NCBI GenBank assembly: GCA_934154785.1 | Contig: CAKPGL010000001.1 | Span: 266,814-330,813 of the forward strand | Direction of reading: 5' to 3' | Length of the DNA stretch: 64,000 nucleotides | Origin: an uncultured Bacilli bacterium | GTDB lineage: Bacteria; Bacillota_I; Bacilli_A; RF39; UBA660 | Part shown: positions 31,502-40,618 of the stretch, piece by piece | How the letters are laid out: every line of letters starts with the position of its first letter | Numbering within the stretch: the stretch's first letter is position 1 | Notes under the pieces: generated by a model | The model's input: only the letters and a program-made list of their open reading frames with translations | The model's database searches: none | What the model was told of the DNA's origin: nothing | Program-made: the position numbers and the translations under genes

Positions 31502-32369
31502 CAAACTTATTGTTAATTCTATTCAGAGATCTTGTTTTCATGATGGACCAGGTATAAGAACAACTGTGTTTTTACATTCTTGTTCTTTAAAATGTCCTTG
31601 GTGTTCAAATCCTGAATGTAGCATGACAAACTACAGGTATGTAATTAACAATCGTTGTCGTAAATCTAATGGCAAATGTATTTATAATATAGATTGTCCT
31701 AGTACTAAGAATAAAAAATCAAACGATGATTTGAAAAGTTTTATAGATAAGTGCCCAGTTTTAGCTATAGAAAATAATTTTAGACCATATTCTATTGACG
31801 AATTAAAAGAAACTTTAGTTCAAGATAAATTTTTATTTGACACAGAGGGCGGGGTAACATTTTCTGGAGGAGAACCATTATTACAAAGTTATAATCTTGG
31901 TGAACTTATTAAAGAATTAAAAAAAGAGCAAATCAATATTGCCGTTGAAACATGTTTATTTGTGAAACATGAAAATTTATTGTCTGTAGTTGATGATATT
32001 GATTTATTTATAGTTGATTTAAAAATTTTGGATGCTAAAGAATGTTCCAAGATATTAGGTGGAGATCTTAAAGAGTTTTTAAATAATATAGAAATTTTAT
32101 TTGCTAAAAAGAAGGATATCGTTTTTCGTGTGCCACTTATTAAACCATATATTACAAATAAAAATAATATGTCGCTTATATATAAATTTCTTACTAGATA
32201 TAAACCTTTAAAAGTTGAGTTATTAAAAGGTCATAATTTAGCCAAAGAAAAATACCAAAAATTAGGTATTGAATACAAATTAGTTTCAACTATAAACGAA
32301 ACAGAAATAAATGATATTTTAAAAGAAATGACCAACATAGGAATAAACGCTACTATTATAGATTTTTAA
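31494..32369 (+). CDS. glycyl-radical enzyme activating protein (radical SAM, with extra ferredoxin-like Cys cluster)
   Basis: SIQRSCFHDGPGIRTTVFLHSCSLKCPWCSNPE (CxxxCxxC). Additional cysteines C-x12-C-x6-C-x5-C...C. Start ATG 31494 overlaps the GRE stop; the ORF track begins at 31470. Confidence 0.8.
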   Translation: MNNKLIVNSIQRSCFHDGPGIRTTVFLHSCSLKCPWCSNPECSMTNYRYVINNRCRKSNGKCIYNIDCPSTKNKKSNDDLKSFIDKCPVLAIENNFRPYSIDELKETLVQDKFLFDTEGGVTFSGGEPLLQSYNLGELIKELKKEQINIAVETCLFVKHENLLSVVDDIDLFIVDLKILDAKECSKILGGDLKEFLNNIEILFAKKKDIVFRVPLIKPYITNKNNMSLIYKFLTRYKPLKVELLKGHNLAKEKYQKLGIEYKLVSTINETEINDILKEMTNIGINATIIDF

Positions 32370-33146
32370 TTAATTAAAACCTATAAATCGTAGCATTTTT
32401 CTTTTTATAATACCTAGACGTTGTTTAAAAAGGGGTTCTTCAATATTATATACAGGTAATTCTTTAATTTTTAATTTGTCTTTGTTTTTTTCGATATAAA
32501 CATTTAGTAGTCTTTCTGATATAAATCCAAATACTCTTTTATTGTAATCGTCGTATTTGCTTATATCGATTTTCTTTTCTAAATCAAATAATATATCAAA
32601 AAGCCAATTACAGTAATCATCCAAAAACTCTTTTTTTGCTATTATCATATTGAAACAATATGCCCATTTTTTTTTCAATACTATATCAAAACTAGTTTCA
32701 AATTCAGGATATTTCTTTTTTATAATGTTTTTACATTCTAGTAAGTCTTTAATGTGATGTTTAACATCGTAATTGTTTTCAACTGATATATTAAAATAGT
32801 ATGGCATTGGTAGAATTATATCATACTTGTTTGTTATTTTATTTATATCGTTTTTTGATAAAATATTCTTTTTACTTTTAAAGATATTTTTATAGAAATA
32901 TCTACGATAATGACATAATCCAAGCACTTTATCTTTTTTAATATTTTTCCACATATAATAAATAACTGTTAATTCACAATAATTAGGATTCTTAGAAGAT
33001 ATATTAATTCCTTCGTCGTCTTTTAAGTATCCTAATTCTTTGTTAATTTTAGCACCACATTGTATAGGAATATATCCTTGTTTTAGAGGAAAATCAAATT
33101 TTTTATGTATTGCTACAAAGATTTCAATTGACTTCATTAATATCAC
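32370..33146 (-). CDS. DUF4422-like putative glycosyltransferase (capsule/Galf-associated family)
   Basis: 258 aa. IFVAIHKKFDFP...NPNYCELTVIYYMWKN...CHYRRYF...FGFISERLLNVYI pattern typical of DUF4422 proteins in polysaccharide loci. Its stop abuts the activase stop (convergent, no gap). Confidence 0.45.
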   Translation of the reverse strand: MILMKSIEIFVAIHKKFDFPLKQGYIPIQCGAKINKELGYLKDDEGINISSKNPNYCELTVIYYMWKNIKKDKVLGLCHYRRYFYKNIFKSKKNILSKNDINKITNKYDIILPMPYYFNISVENNYDVKHHIKDLLECKNIIKKKYPEFETSFDIVLKKKWAYCFNMIIAKKEFLDDYCNWLFDILFDLEKKIDISKYDDYNKRVFGFISERLLNVYIEKNKDKLKIKELPVYNIEEPLFKQRLGIIKRKMLRFIGFN

Positions 33147-33253
33147 CTTACTTCTATAAACTATTTTATATTGATTTGGTTACAATGTAAATATTATATT
33201 TTAAAAATATTAATACTGTGTTATAATAATTTTATCAAATAGGAGACAAAGAT

Positions 33254-34432
33254 ATGAGTTTTTTTGATAAATTGAATAATAAATTTTCTAAATTTTATGA
33301 TAAAGTTACAACTATTGAAACTATTCGCAATATATTTTTTTATTTGGGAATTACACTATTTTTTATTGGTGATTCCTCTGATTATTCGATTATAGGTTTT
33401 ACCCCATTGGTTAAAAATTTATTGCTATACTCAGGTTTTACGTTATTAGTATTAAAGATATTTTTAACACAAGAAAGTTTATATAATTACATCAAGTATT
33501 TTATTTACATTTTGATAGCGATTATTCTTGATAATATCATTGGTACCAAAGTAATTGCCTTATCAATTGTTCTTTATATTATTAGTTCAAAAAAAGTAGA
33601 CATAAATAAATTTTTTAAATATCTTTTTTTTATAAATAGTATTATTTTAATTTTTAATTTGTACGTTTATATAGCAAATCAGTTCTTGGATTTTAATTTA
33701 TTTGGCGCTAGAATTTCTCCAGAATATTATTTGTATCGTAATAATTTAATTAGACATGGATTTTATTTTTATCATCCAAACGCATTTTCTTTTTATTTAT
33801 TTTGGACATATATGTTATATATATATTTACAATGGGATAGTTTTAAAAGCGCAAAACAATATATTAAAGTTTTTATTGCTTCCGTATTACTAGCAATAGT
33901 ATGCTTCTTTTGTACACAAACAAGGATCGCAACTATATTTTTCTTAATAACAGTACCGTTATTGTTTGTTTTTAAAAATAAAAAATTTCAAAATAGTAGG
34001 TTAATCAAATGGATTTTATCATACTTTTATGTAATTTTATTTATCATTTCTATGTTATTATTAGTTTCATATGGCTTAAATAATGTGTTAGGTGTAATTT
34101 CTTTAAAAATAAGTGATATTTTAAACGGCAGAATATGGTTAGGTAATTTAGAATTAACAAAATATGGTTTAACGCTGTTTGGCCAACCTGGTTTAGCATC
34201 AAAATTTTTTGTGGTTGACAATGGATATTATCATATTTTAATTAAGTATGGTTTATTAGCAACATTGTTCTTTCTGTGTTTGTTTGTTAAAACATCTAAA
34301 CGTTTATGTATTAACAAGGATTATAAATGTTTATATTTAATAACGTTATTTTGTGTATATAATTTTATTGAGGCTTTGTTAGTTCACCCACAAGCATGTA
34401 TTATTTATGCAATTTTAGGAATGTTTATTTAA
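33254..34432 (+). CDS. polysaccharide polymerase-like membrane protein (Wzy/EpsG family)
   Basis: 392 aa, about 10-11 TM helices, Phe/Tyr-rich. No catalytic motif recognisable. Placement next to glf/wzx. Confidence 0.4.
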   Translation: MSFFDKLNNKFSKFYDKVTTIETIRNIFFYLGITLFFIGDSSDYSIIGFTPLVKNLLLYSGFTLLVLKIFLTQESLYNYIKYFIYILIAIILDNIIGTKVIALSIVLYIISSKKVDINKFFKYLFFINSIILIFNLYVYIANQFLDFNLFGARISPEYYLYRNNLIRHGFYFYHPNAFSFYLFWTYMLYIYLQWDSFKSAKQYIKVFIASVLLAIVCFFCTQTRIATIFFLITVPLLFVFKNKKFQNSRLIKWILSYFYVILFIISMLLLVSYGLNNVLGVISLKISDILNGRIWLGNLELTKYGLTLFGQPGLASKFFVVDNGYYHILIKYGLLATLFFLCLFVKTSKRLCINKDYKCLYLITLFCVYNFIEALLVHPQACIIYAILGMFI

Positions 34433-34547
34433 AAAATTAGTATTATCTTGTAATATAAGGATATTAATTGTTATTTTTGTTAAAAATGGAATTCACAAGG
34501 ATAAATATCCATGATATAATATATCTTGATTGAAAAGGAGATTTTTT

Positions 34548-35090
34548 ATGAATGATATTTTAATGGAAACTGAATTAAAAATGGAGTCCGCTATTGAGAA
34601 TATGGATAAAAGATTATTAAATATTCGTGCGGGACGTGCTAATCCATCTATATTAGATGGTGTAATGGTATCTTATTATGGAGCACCAACACCATTAAAA
34701 CAACTTGCTACTATATCTGTACCTGAAGCTAGACAATTAATGATTAAACCTTTTGATAGAAGTTGTTTATCCGCTATTGAAAAAGGTATATATGAAGCAA
34801 ATGTTGGACTTACACCAAACAATAATGGTGAAGTAATAATATTAAATATTCCAGCACTAACTGAAGATACTAGACGTGAATATGTTAAACAAGCTAAGAC
34901 TGTTGCGGAAGAATGCAAAATTGCTCTTCGTAACATTAGACAAGACGCTAATAACGATATTAAAAAGTTAGAAGTGCCAGAAGATGATATTAAAAATGGT
35001 CAAGATGAAGTACAAGAATATATTAATAAATATAATAAAATAGTAGATGAAAAATTAAAGATGAAAGAACAAGAATTGATGACAGTATAG
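34548..35090 (+). CDS. frr: ribosome recycling factor
   Basis: AAAGGAG RBS then ATG 34548. MNDILMETELKMESAIENMDKRLLNIRAGRANPSILDGVMVSYYG is the canonical Frr N-terminus. The ORF track starts at TTG 34530. Confidence 0.9.
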   Translation: MNDILMETELKMESAIENMDKRLLNIRAGRANPSILDGVMVSYYGAPTPLKQLATISVPEARQLMIKPFDRSCLSAIEKGIYEANVGLTPNNNGEVIILNIPALTEDTRREYVKQAKTVAEECKIALRNIRQDANNDIKKLEVPEDDIKNGQDEVQEYINKYNKIVDEKLKMKEQELMTV

Positions 35091-35091
35091 T

Positions 35092-35679
35092 ATGAAAAAT
35101 TTAAATAAAAGTAGTGTCAAAGATGCTACAACTAACGCAACATTAGATAGAATAGTCTCAGAGTATAGAAGTGCTATAAAAAAAATCACTACATGTTCTG
35201 ATAATTCAATGGATGACACTATGGCTACAATACTATGTAATAGCATGTGTGGTAATCTAGATATTTGTAATTCTATAGTTTCTGTTTGTAGTCCTACTGG
35301 TAATCATTATGTATTAGCACTCGAATTAGAAGAAAAATACTATATATTAGATGTAACATTTAATAATTATATAAAAGGTGCTAATTACAAAATTACAGAA
35401 AAAAATTTAGTAGAAAGATTTAATTGCTTGCCATCTTTCTTTATTATAAAAAATGAAAATGGTAGAGATTTTATGGATGAATTACTAAAGAATGGTTATT
35501 TTGAGTGTACAGAACAAAATATGAAATTATATTGTGATGGTTTTGTTTTAGCATGCTACAATAAAAACAAGAAAAATAAAGATGTAGTTTATAATACAAA
35601 TATTACTGGTGAAGAATACTTATCTAGTATGGTACTTAGAAAAATGATTGATTCGAATGGTCGTCAAAAAATAAAGTAG
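35092..35679 (+). CDS. hypothetical Cys-rich protein
   Basis: ATG 1 nt after the frr stop. 195 aa with CNSMCGNLDIC and a possible Cys...His(GNHYVLAL)...Asp(ILDV) arrangement. No confident family. Confidence 0.3.
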   Translation: MKNLNKSSVKDATTNATLDRIVSEYRSAIKKITTCSDNSMDDTMATILCNSMCGNLDICNSIVSVCSPTGNHYVLALELEEKYYILDVTFNNYIKGANYKITEKNLVERFNCLPSFFIIKNENGRDFMDELLKNGYFECTEQNMKLYCDGFVLACYNKNKKNKDVVYNTNITGEEYLSSMVLRKMIDSNGRQKIK

Positions 35680-35689
35680 GGGGAATATA

Positions 35690-36853
35690 ATGTTTAAAAG
35701 AAAAGCTAATTCGGCTAAATTAGATACTGGCAACTTAAATGAAGTAATTACATTATCGAAAGCCATTTTAAAAATACTTTTTGTAGTTATGATTATTGCG
35801 GGAGTCTATGGTTTAACAATTTTATTAAAAGAGTTAGGAATAACTAAATTCTTTGTAGAATTACTAAAGATAATTTCACCTTTATTTATAGGTATTGTAA
35901 TAGCGTGGTTATTTAATCCTCTTATGAAGTTCTTTTCTAAAAAGGGAATTCGTAGAGGACTTGGTGCTGCTATAATATATATTGCTTTAAGTGCTATAAT
36001 TTTTCTTTTAATAAAAGCTATAATTCCACTTATGTTTGAACAAATTAATGATTTAGTAAGTACTATACCATCAACATTAAAGGGAATTGTTAATTGGATT
36101 AGTGACTTATTTAATAAAGTTAGTAATAATTCTAATGTTGATTTAACTAGCGTTAAAACAGAAATTATTTCTAAAATAGAAAACTATGGTATGAATATTG
36201 CTAGTTCTCTTCCAGAAGTTATGGTTAATACAGTAAAATCATTCTTTTCTGGTATTGGTACATTTTTAATAGGAGCAATTATTGGTTTTTTCTTACTTAT
36301 TAGTTTTGATGGAACTGATAAAGTAATGGATTTTTTACCAGATAAAATACATAATAATGTAACATCTTTATTTAGTAAAATAGAAGACTCTTTAAGAAGA
36401 TATGTCCAGGGAACTTTAACACTATCTACTTTAGTATTTGTTGTAAGTACAATAGGATTTATGATAAGTGGTTTAAAATCTGCTTTATTATTTGGATTAT
36501 TTTGTGGCATCACCAATATTATTCCTTATGTTGGTCCTTACTTAGGAGCGGCACCAGCATTAATAGTTGGTTTTTCCCAAGGAACACCAATAGGTATTGG
36601 GGTCCTAATAACAGTAGTTATAGTTCAAACTATTGAAGGTAATATATTAAATCCAATTGTAATGAGTAAAACTATGAAACTACATCCTGTTACAATTATA
36701 ATAGGATTATTAGTATTTGAACATTTCTGGGGTATTCTAGGAATGATTCTTGCAACACCGATAATTGCGACAATTAAAGTTATTTTTGAATACTTTAATG
36801 AAAAATATGGTATAATAAATAAGAAATTTGAACAAAACGTTGAAGAAGAATAG
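35690..36853 (+). CDS. AI-2E family transporter (UPF0118/PerM-like)
   Basis: 387 aa, about 8 TM helices. PALIVGFSQG...ILNPIVMSKTMKLHPV pattern typical of the AI-2E family. Confidence 0.65.
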   Translation: MFKRKANSAKLDTGNLNEVITLSKAILKILFVVMIIAGVYGLTILLKELGITKFFVELLKIISPLFIGIVIAWLFNPLMKFFSKKGIRRGLGAAIIYIALSAIIFLLIKAIIPLMFEQINDLVSTIPSTLKGIVNWISDLFNKVSNNSNVDLTSVKTEIISKIENYGMNIASSLPEVMVNTVKSFFSGIGTFLIGAIIGFFLLISFDGTDKVMDFLPDKIHNNVTSLFSKIEDSLRRYVQGTLTLSTLVFVVSTIGFMISGLKSALLFGLFCGITNIIPYVGPYLGAAPALIVGFSQGTPIGIGVLITVVIVQTIEGNILNPIVMSKTMKLHPVTIIIGLLVFEHFWGILGMILATPIIATIKVIFEYFNEKYGIINKKFEQNVEEE

Positions 36854-36867
36854 TACATAATTATTAA

Positions 36868-37030
36868 TTGATAGAGAGCTTATGGTTGATGGAAATAAGT
36901 AATTAATATTATGGAAGCTACTTTAGAGTGTAGTTAAATACTACCGGTGTAAACCGTTATAATAATTAAGTTTAATTAGGATGGTACCGCGGCTTTTTCG
37001 TTCCTAGAAATAGTGGCGGTTTTTCTTATT
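36868..37030 (+). promoter_or_regulatory. T-box riboswitch leader, probable Ala (GCU) specifier
   Basis: AGAGAG box (36873-78). Specifier-loop context GAAGCUACUUUAGAG (GCU at 36917-19) is parallel to the thrS leader UUACUACUUAAGAG. Conserved T-box AAUUAGGAUGGUACCGCGG (36974-36992). Downstream U-rich terminator-like segment GGCGGTTTTTCTT. Confidence 0.75.
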
Positions 37031-37047
37031 TTAAAGGAGGACGACTT

Positions 37048-37599
37048 ATGGAATATATTGATAAAAAACCAAAGATTTATGTGATTTCAGGTAAAGCAAA
37101 AAGTGGTAAAGATACGATTGCTAATATAATTTGTAATTACTATAAAGATAAAAAATGTAAAAAGATATCTTATGCCTACTATTTAAAAGAATATATTAAA
37201 AATATATTTGATTGGGATGGCAAAGAAGAAACTAAACCAAGAGATCTATTACAGAGTATTGGTATTGATTTACTACAAAAAAAGATTGATGAACATTTTT
37301 TAATAGATAGAGTTGTAGAAGATATAAAGGTTTATTCTTACTTTTATGATGTAATAATTATAACTGACGCTAGACTGGTAGATGAAATAGAAATACCTAA
37401 AAATAAATTTTCTAATGTTACAACTATTAGAATAAATAACAATAGTGATAATGATTTAACACTAGAACAGAAAAAACATATTACAGAAACAGCTTTGGAT
37501 AATTATACTAATTTTGATTATGTAATAAATAATACAAGTGATTATAATGCTTTAAAACAAAGTGTTAATAAAATTTTGGAGGTAAATCATGAAAAATAA
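37048..37599 (+). CDS. deoxynucleoside-monophosphate kinase-like P-loop protein (phage T4 gp1-like)
   Basis: KIYVISGKAKSGKDTIANII vs T4 gp1 KLIFLSGVKRSGKDTTADFI. LLQSIGIDLL vs LMQALGTDLI. IIITDARLVDE vs IVPDTRQDHE. KHITETAL vs THITEAGL. Confidence 0.55.
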   Translation: MEYIDKKPKIYVISGKAKSGKDTIANIICNYYKDKKCKKISYAYYLKEYIKNIFDWDGKEETKPRDLLQSIGIDLLQKKIDEHFLIDRVVEDIKVYSYFYDVIIITDARLVDEIEIPKNKFSNVTTIRINNNSDNDLTLEQKKHITETALDNYTNFDYVINNTSDYNALKQSVNKILEVNHEK

Positions 37600-38143
37600 T
37601 ATTATAGCAATAGTAGGTATGTGTGGTGCTGGTAAATCTGTTGCGTCAGATATTCTAGAAAATAAAGGGTACAAAAAAGTATACTTTGGTGGCGTTACCA
37701 TGGAAAAATTAAAAGAAGAAGGATTAGAAATTAATCCAGAAAATGAACGTATGATGCGTGAGCGTCTTAGAAAAGAATTAGGTATGGGAGCATTCGCTAA
37801 AATATTATTACCAAGAATAAAAGAATACGCTAAAGAAGGTAACACCGTACTTGATGGTTTGTATTCTTGGGATGAACTTAAAATATTAAAAGATGAATTT
37901 GGTGATGATTTAACTTTAATAGCGGTAATTGCTGATAAAAATATTCGTTATGAAAGATTATCCAAAAGGGAAATTCGTCCATTTACTAAAGATGAGGCTA
38001 TAAAAAGAGATTTAACAGAAATAGAAAATGTTGCCAAAGCCGGACCAATTGCGTATGCAGACTATTACATAGATAATAATCATGACTTAGAAAGTTATAA
38101 AAATAGATTAAATAATATTTTAGATATTATTGGAGGTAAATAA
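37589..38143 (+). CDS. P-loop nucleoside/nucleotide kinase-like protein
   Basis: IIAIVGMCGAGKSV Walker A. Arg-rich lid-like segment RYERLSKREIRPF. Overlaps the neighbours by 11 and 14 nt (coupled). Confidence 0.5.
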   Translation: MKNNIIAIVGMCGAGKSVASDILENKGYKKVYFGGVTMEKLKEEGLEINPENERMMRERLRKELGMGAFAKILLPRIKEYAKEGNTVLDGLYSWDELKILKDEFGDDLTLIAVIADKNIRYERLSKREIRPFTKDEAIKRDLTEIENVAKAGPIAYADYYIDNNHDLESYKNRLNNILDIIGGK

Positions 38144-38144
38144 A

Positions 38145-39902
38145 ATGAATTTAAAAGATTTATATATAAATTTCTTTATAAGTAAAGGACACAAACAAAT
38201 ACCTAGTGCTCCAGTTATACCAGAAAACGATCCCTCAGTACTTTTTAATACTGCGGGAATGCAACCATTAGTACCTTATTTAATGGGACAACCCCATCCT
38301 TATGGCACTAGACTTGTTGATTATCAAAAATGTATTCGTACTAATGATTTAGAAAGTATTGGAGATACTACACATCATACTTTCTTTGAAATGTTAGGTA
38401 ATTGGAGTTTAGGTGATTACTTTAAAAAAGAGAGTATTAGTTGGAGTTTTGAATTTTTAACTAAAGTATTAAATATGCCAGTAGAAAGACTTGCTGTAAC
38501 AGTATTTGCTGGTAATGATAAAATAGAAGAAGATAAAACCTCTATTGAAATATGGAAAAGTTTGGGCATTAAAGAAAGTAGAATTGCTAAAACTAAAGAT
38601 GATAATTTTTGGATAGCAGGTGAAACTGGTCCTTGTGGCCCAGATTCAGAAATATTCTATTTCCGTAGTGATGATGAAATACCTGAAGTATTTGACCCAG
38701 AAGATTCTCGTTGGGTAGAAATTTGGAATAACGTATTTATGCAATATAATAAAGATGCATCTGGTAATGTTACAGAACTACCAAAGAAAAACGTTGATAC
38801 TGGTATGGGAGTAGAAAGAGTAACAGCAGTATTGGAAGGTGTTAATGATAACTACATGACTTCTATTTGGAAAGATGTTATTTCTAAAATAGAAGAACTT
38901 TCTCATAAAAATTATAATGATTCTGAAGAAATTAAAAAGAGTATGCGTATTATAGCGGATCATATTCGTACTGCAGTATTTATTTCTGCTGATCCTGCAG
39001 GAATCAAACCATCTAATACTGATCAAGGATATATTCTAAGAAGACTTATTAGACGTGCTATTAGACATGCTAAAAAATTAAATATTGATGAGAATAGTAA
39101 TTGGGAACAACAAATAGCGTTAATCATTTTAGATAAATATGCTAAGTATTATCATGAACTTGTTGATAATAAAGATGTTGTTTTAGAAGTACTTACTAAT
39201 GAAAAAAATAAATTTAATCGTACTCTAGAAAAAGGTTTAAAAGAGTTTGAAAGAATTACTAAGAATATTACTGATGGTAAATTAAATAAAGATTTAGCAT
39301 TTAAATTATATGATACTTATGGTTTTCCAATTGAACTTACAGTAGAACTAGCTAGTGAACTTGGAATCAAAGTAGATGTAGAAGGCTTTAAAGAAAAATT
39401 TAAGGCTCATCAAGAATTATCTCGTGCAGGAGCAGAACAAAAATTTAAAGGTGGTCTTGCTAGTACTGGTGAAATAGAAACTAAATATCATACTGCAACA
39501 CACTTACTAAATGCCGCTTTAAAAGTAGTAGTTAATAAAGATGTACATCAAAAGGGTAGTAATATTACTTCTGAAAGAATGCGTTTTGACTTCTCTTGTG
39601 ATCATAAATTAACGGATGAAGAAAAGAAAGCGACAGAAGATTTAGTAAATAAATGGATTAGTGAAGGAATACCAGTAGTAGTTACAGAAATGAAAAAGGA
39701 AGACGCTGTTAAATCTGGAGCGGAATGTATGTTTATTGAAAAATATCCAGATATTGTAACAGTATATTCAATAGGTGATGTATCAAAAGAACTTTGCGGT
39801 GGACCACATGTAAAAAATACAAATGAACTAGGACATTTTAAAATTCAAAAAGAAGAAGCTAGTAGTGCTGGCGTTAGAAGAATTAAGGCTATTTTAGAGT
39901 AG
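38145..39902 (+). CDS. alaS: alanyl-tRNA synthetase, short form (aminoacylation plus editing domains, no C-Ala domain)
   Basis: GGAGG RBS then ATG 38145. FISKGHKQIPSAPVIPENDPSVLFNTAGMQP, QKCIRTNDLESIGDTTHHTFFEMLGNWSLGDYFK, editing-domain HTATHLLNAALK and CGGPHV motifs. 585 aa, whereas a typical AlaRS is about 870 aa. Confidence 0.85.
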   Translation: MNLKDLYINFFISKGHKQIPSAPVIPENDPSVLFNTAGMQPLVPYLMGQPHPYGTRLVDYQKCIRTNDLESIGDTTHHTFFEMLGNWSLGDYFKKESISWSFEFLTKVLNMPVERLAVTVFAGNDKIEEDKTSIEIWKSLGIKESRIAKTKDDNFWIAGETGPCGPDSEIFYFRSDDEIPEVFDPEDSRWVEIWNNVFMQYNKDASGNVTELPKKNVDTGMGVERVTAVLEGVNDNYMTSIWKDVISKIEELSHKNYNDSEEIKKSMRIIADHIRTAVFISADPAGIKPSNTDQGYILRRLIRRAIRHAKKLNIDENSNWEQQIALIILDKYAKYYHELVDNKDVVLEVLTNEKNKFNRTLEKGLKEFERITKNITDGKLNKDLAFKLYDTYGFPIELTVELASELGIKVDVEGFKEKFKAHQELSRAGAEQKFKGGLASTGEIETKYHTATHLLNAALKVVVNKDVHQKGSNITSERMRFDFSCDHKLTDEEKKATEDLVNKWISEGIPVVVTEMKKEDAVKSGAECMFIEKYPDIVTVYSIGDVSKELCGGPHVKNTNELGHFKIQKEEASSAGVRRIKAILE

Positions 39903-39926
39903 TCTTTTTTTCTTTTGTGTCAGATT

Positions 39927-39955
39927 TTGACAAAGAACTCAAATAATGTTATACT
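39927..39955 (+). promoter_or_regulatory. sigma-A type promoter for engB
   Basis: TTGACA-17-TATACT. Confidence 0.5.
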
Positions 39956-39990
39956 GATGTAGTCACAAAATTTTAGTGAGGGTGGTATTC

Positions 39991-40572
39991 GTGAAAATTA
40001 ACAGTGTTAATTTAGAAGTTAGTGCGGTAAGACGTAGTCAATATCCAACTGACAATAAACCTGAATTTTTATTGGTAGGACGTTCTAATGTAGGTAAAAG
40101 TAGTTTTATTAATACGATTATTAATCGTAAAAACTATGCTAGAACATCTGCTAATCCGGGAAAAACACAAACTATTAATTTTTATCTTGTTAATGATGAA
40201 TTTTATTTGGTTGATGCTCCAGGATATGGATTTGCTAACTTAAGTAAATCTAAACAAAAAAAATTTGGTCTAATGATGGAAGATTATATGACCAATAGAA
40301 AAAATTTAAAACAGGTTTTTATGTTAATAGATTTTCGTCATAAACCATCAAGTGATGATATTATGATGTATAATTATTTAAAACACTATAAAATTCCAGT
40401 AACGATTGTTGCTACGAAAACAGATAAAATAGGTATTACTTTACAACAAAAGCAAAGAACTACTATTTTAGATGATTTAGAATTAGTTGTAGGAGATGAC
40501 TTTATAATGTTTTCCAATGTAACTAAAAATGGTCGTGCTGAAGTATGTGATAAAATTGAAAGAACTATTTAA
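39991..40572 (+). CDS. engB: ribosome biogenesis GTP-binding protein YsxC/EngB
   Basis: GAGGGTGG RBS then GTG 39991. PEFLLVGRSNVGKSSFIN, DAPGYGF, TKTDK G-motifs. Confidence 0.8.
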   Translation: MKINSVNLEVSAVRRSQYPTDNKPEFLLVGRSNVGKSSFINTIINRKNYARTSANPGKTQTINFYLVNDEFYLVDAPGYGFANLSKSKQKKFGLMMEDYMTNRKNLKQVFMLIDFRHKPSSDDIMMYNYLKHYKIPVTIVATKTDKIGITLQQKQRTTILDDLELVVGDDFIMFSNVTKNGRAEVCDKIERTI

Positions 40573-40618
40573 TTATCTCTTATTTTGAATATTTTCATAC
40601 AATATTTTAGGTGATGAT

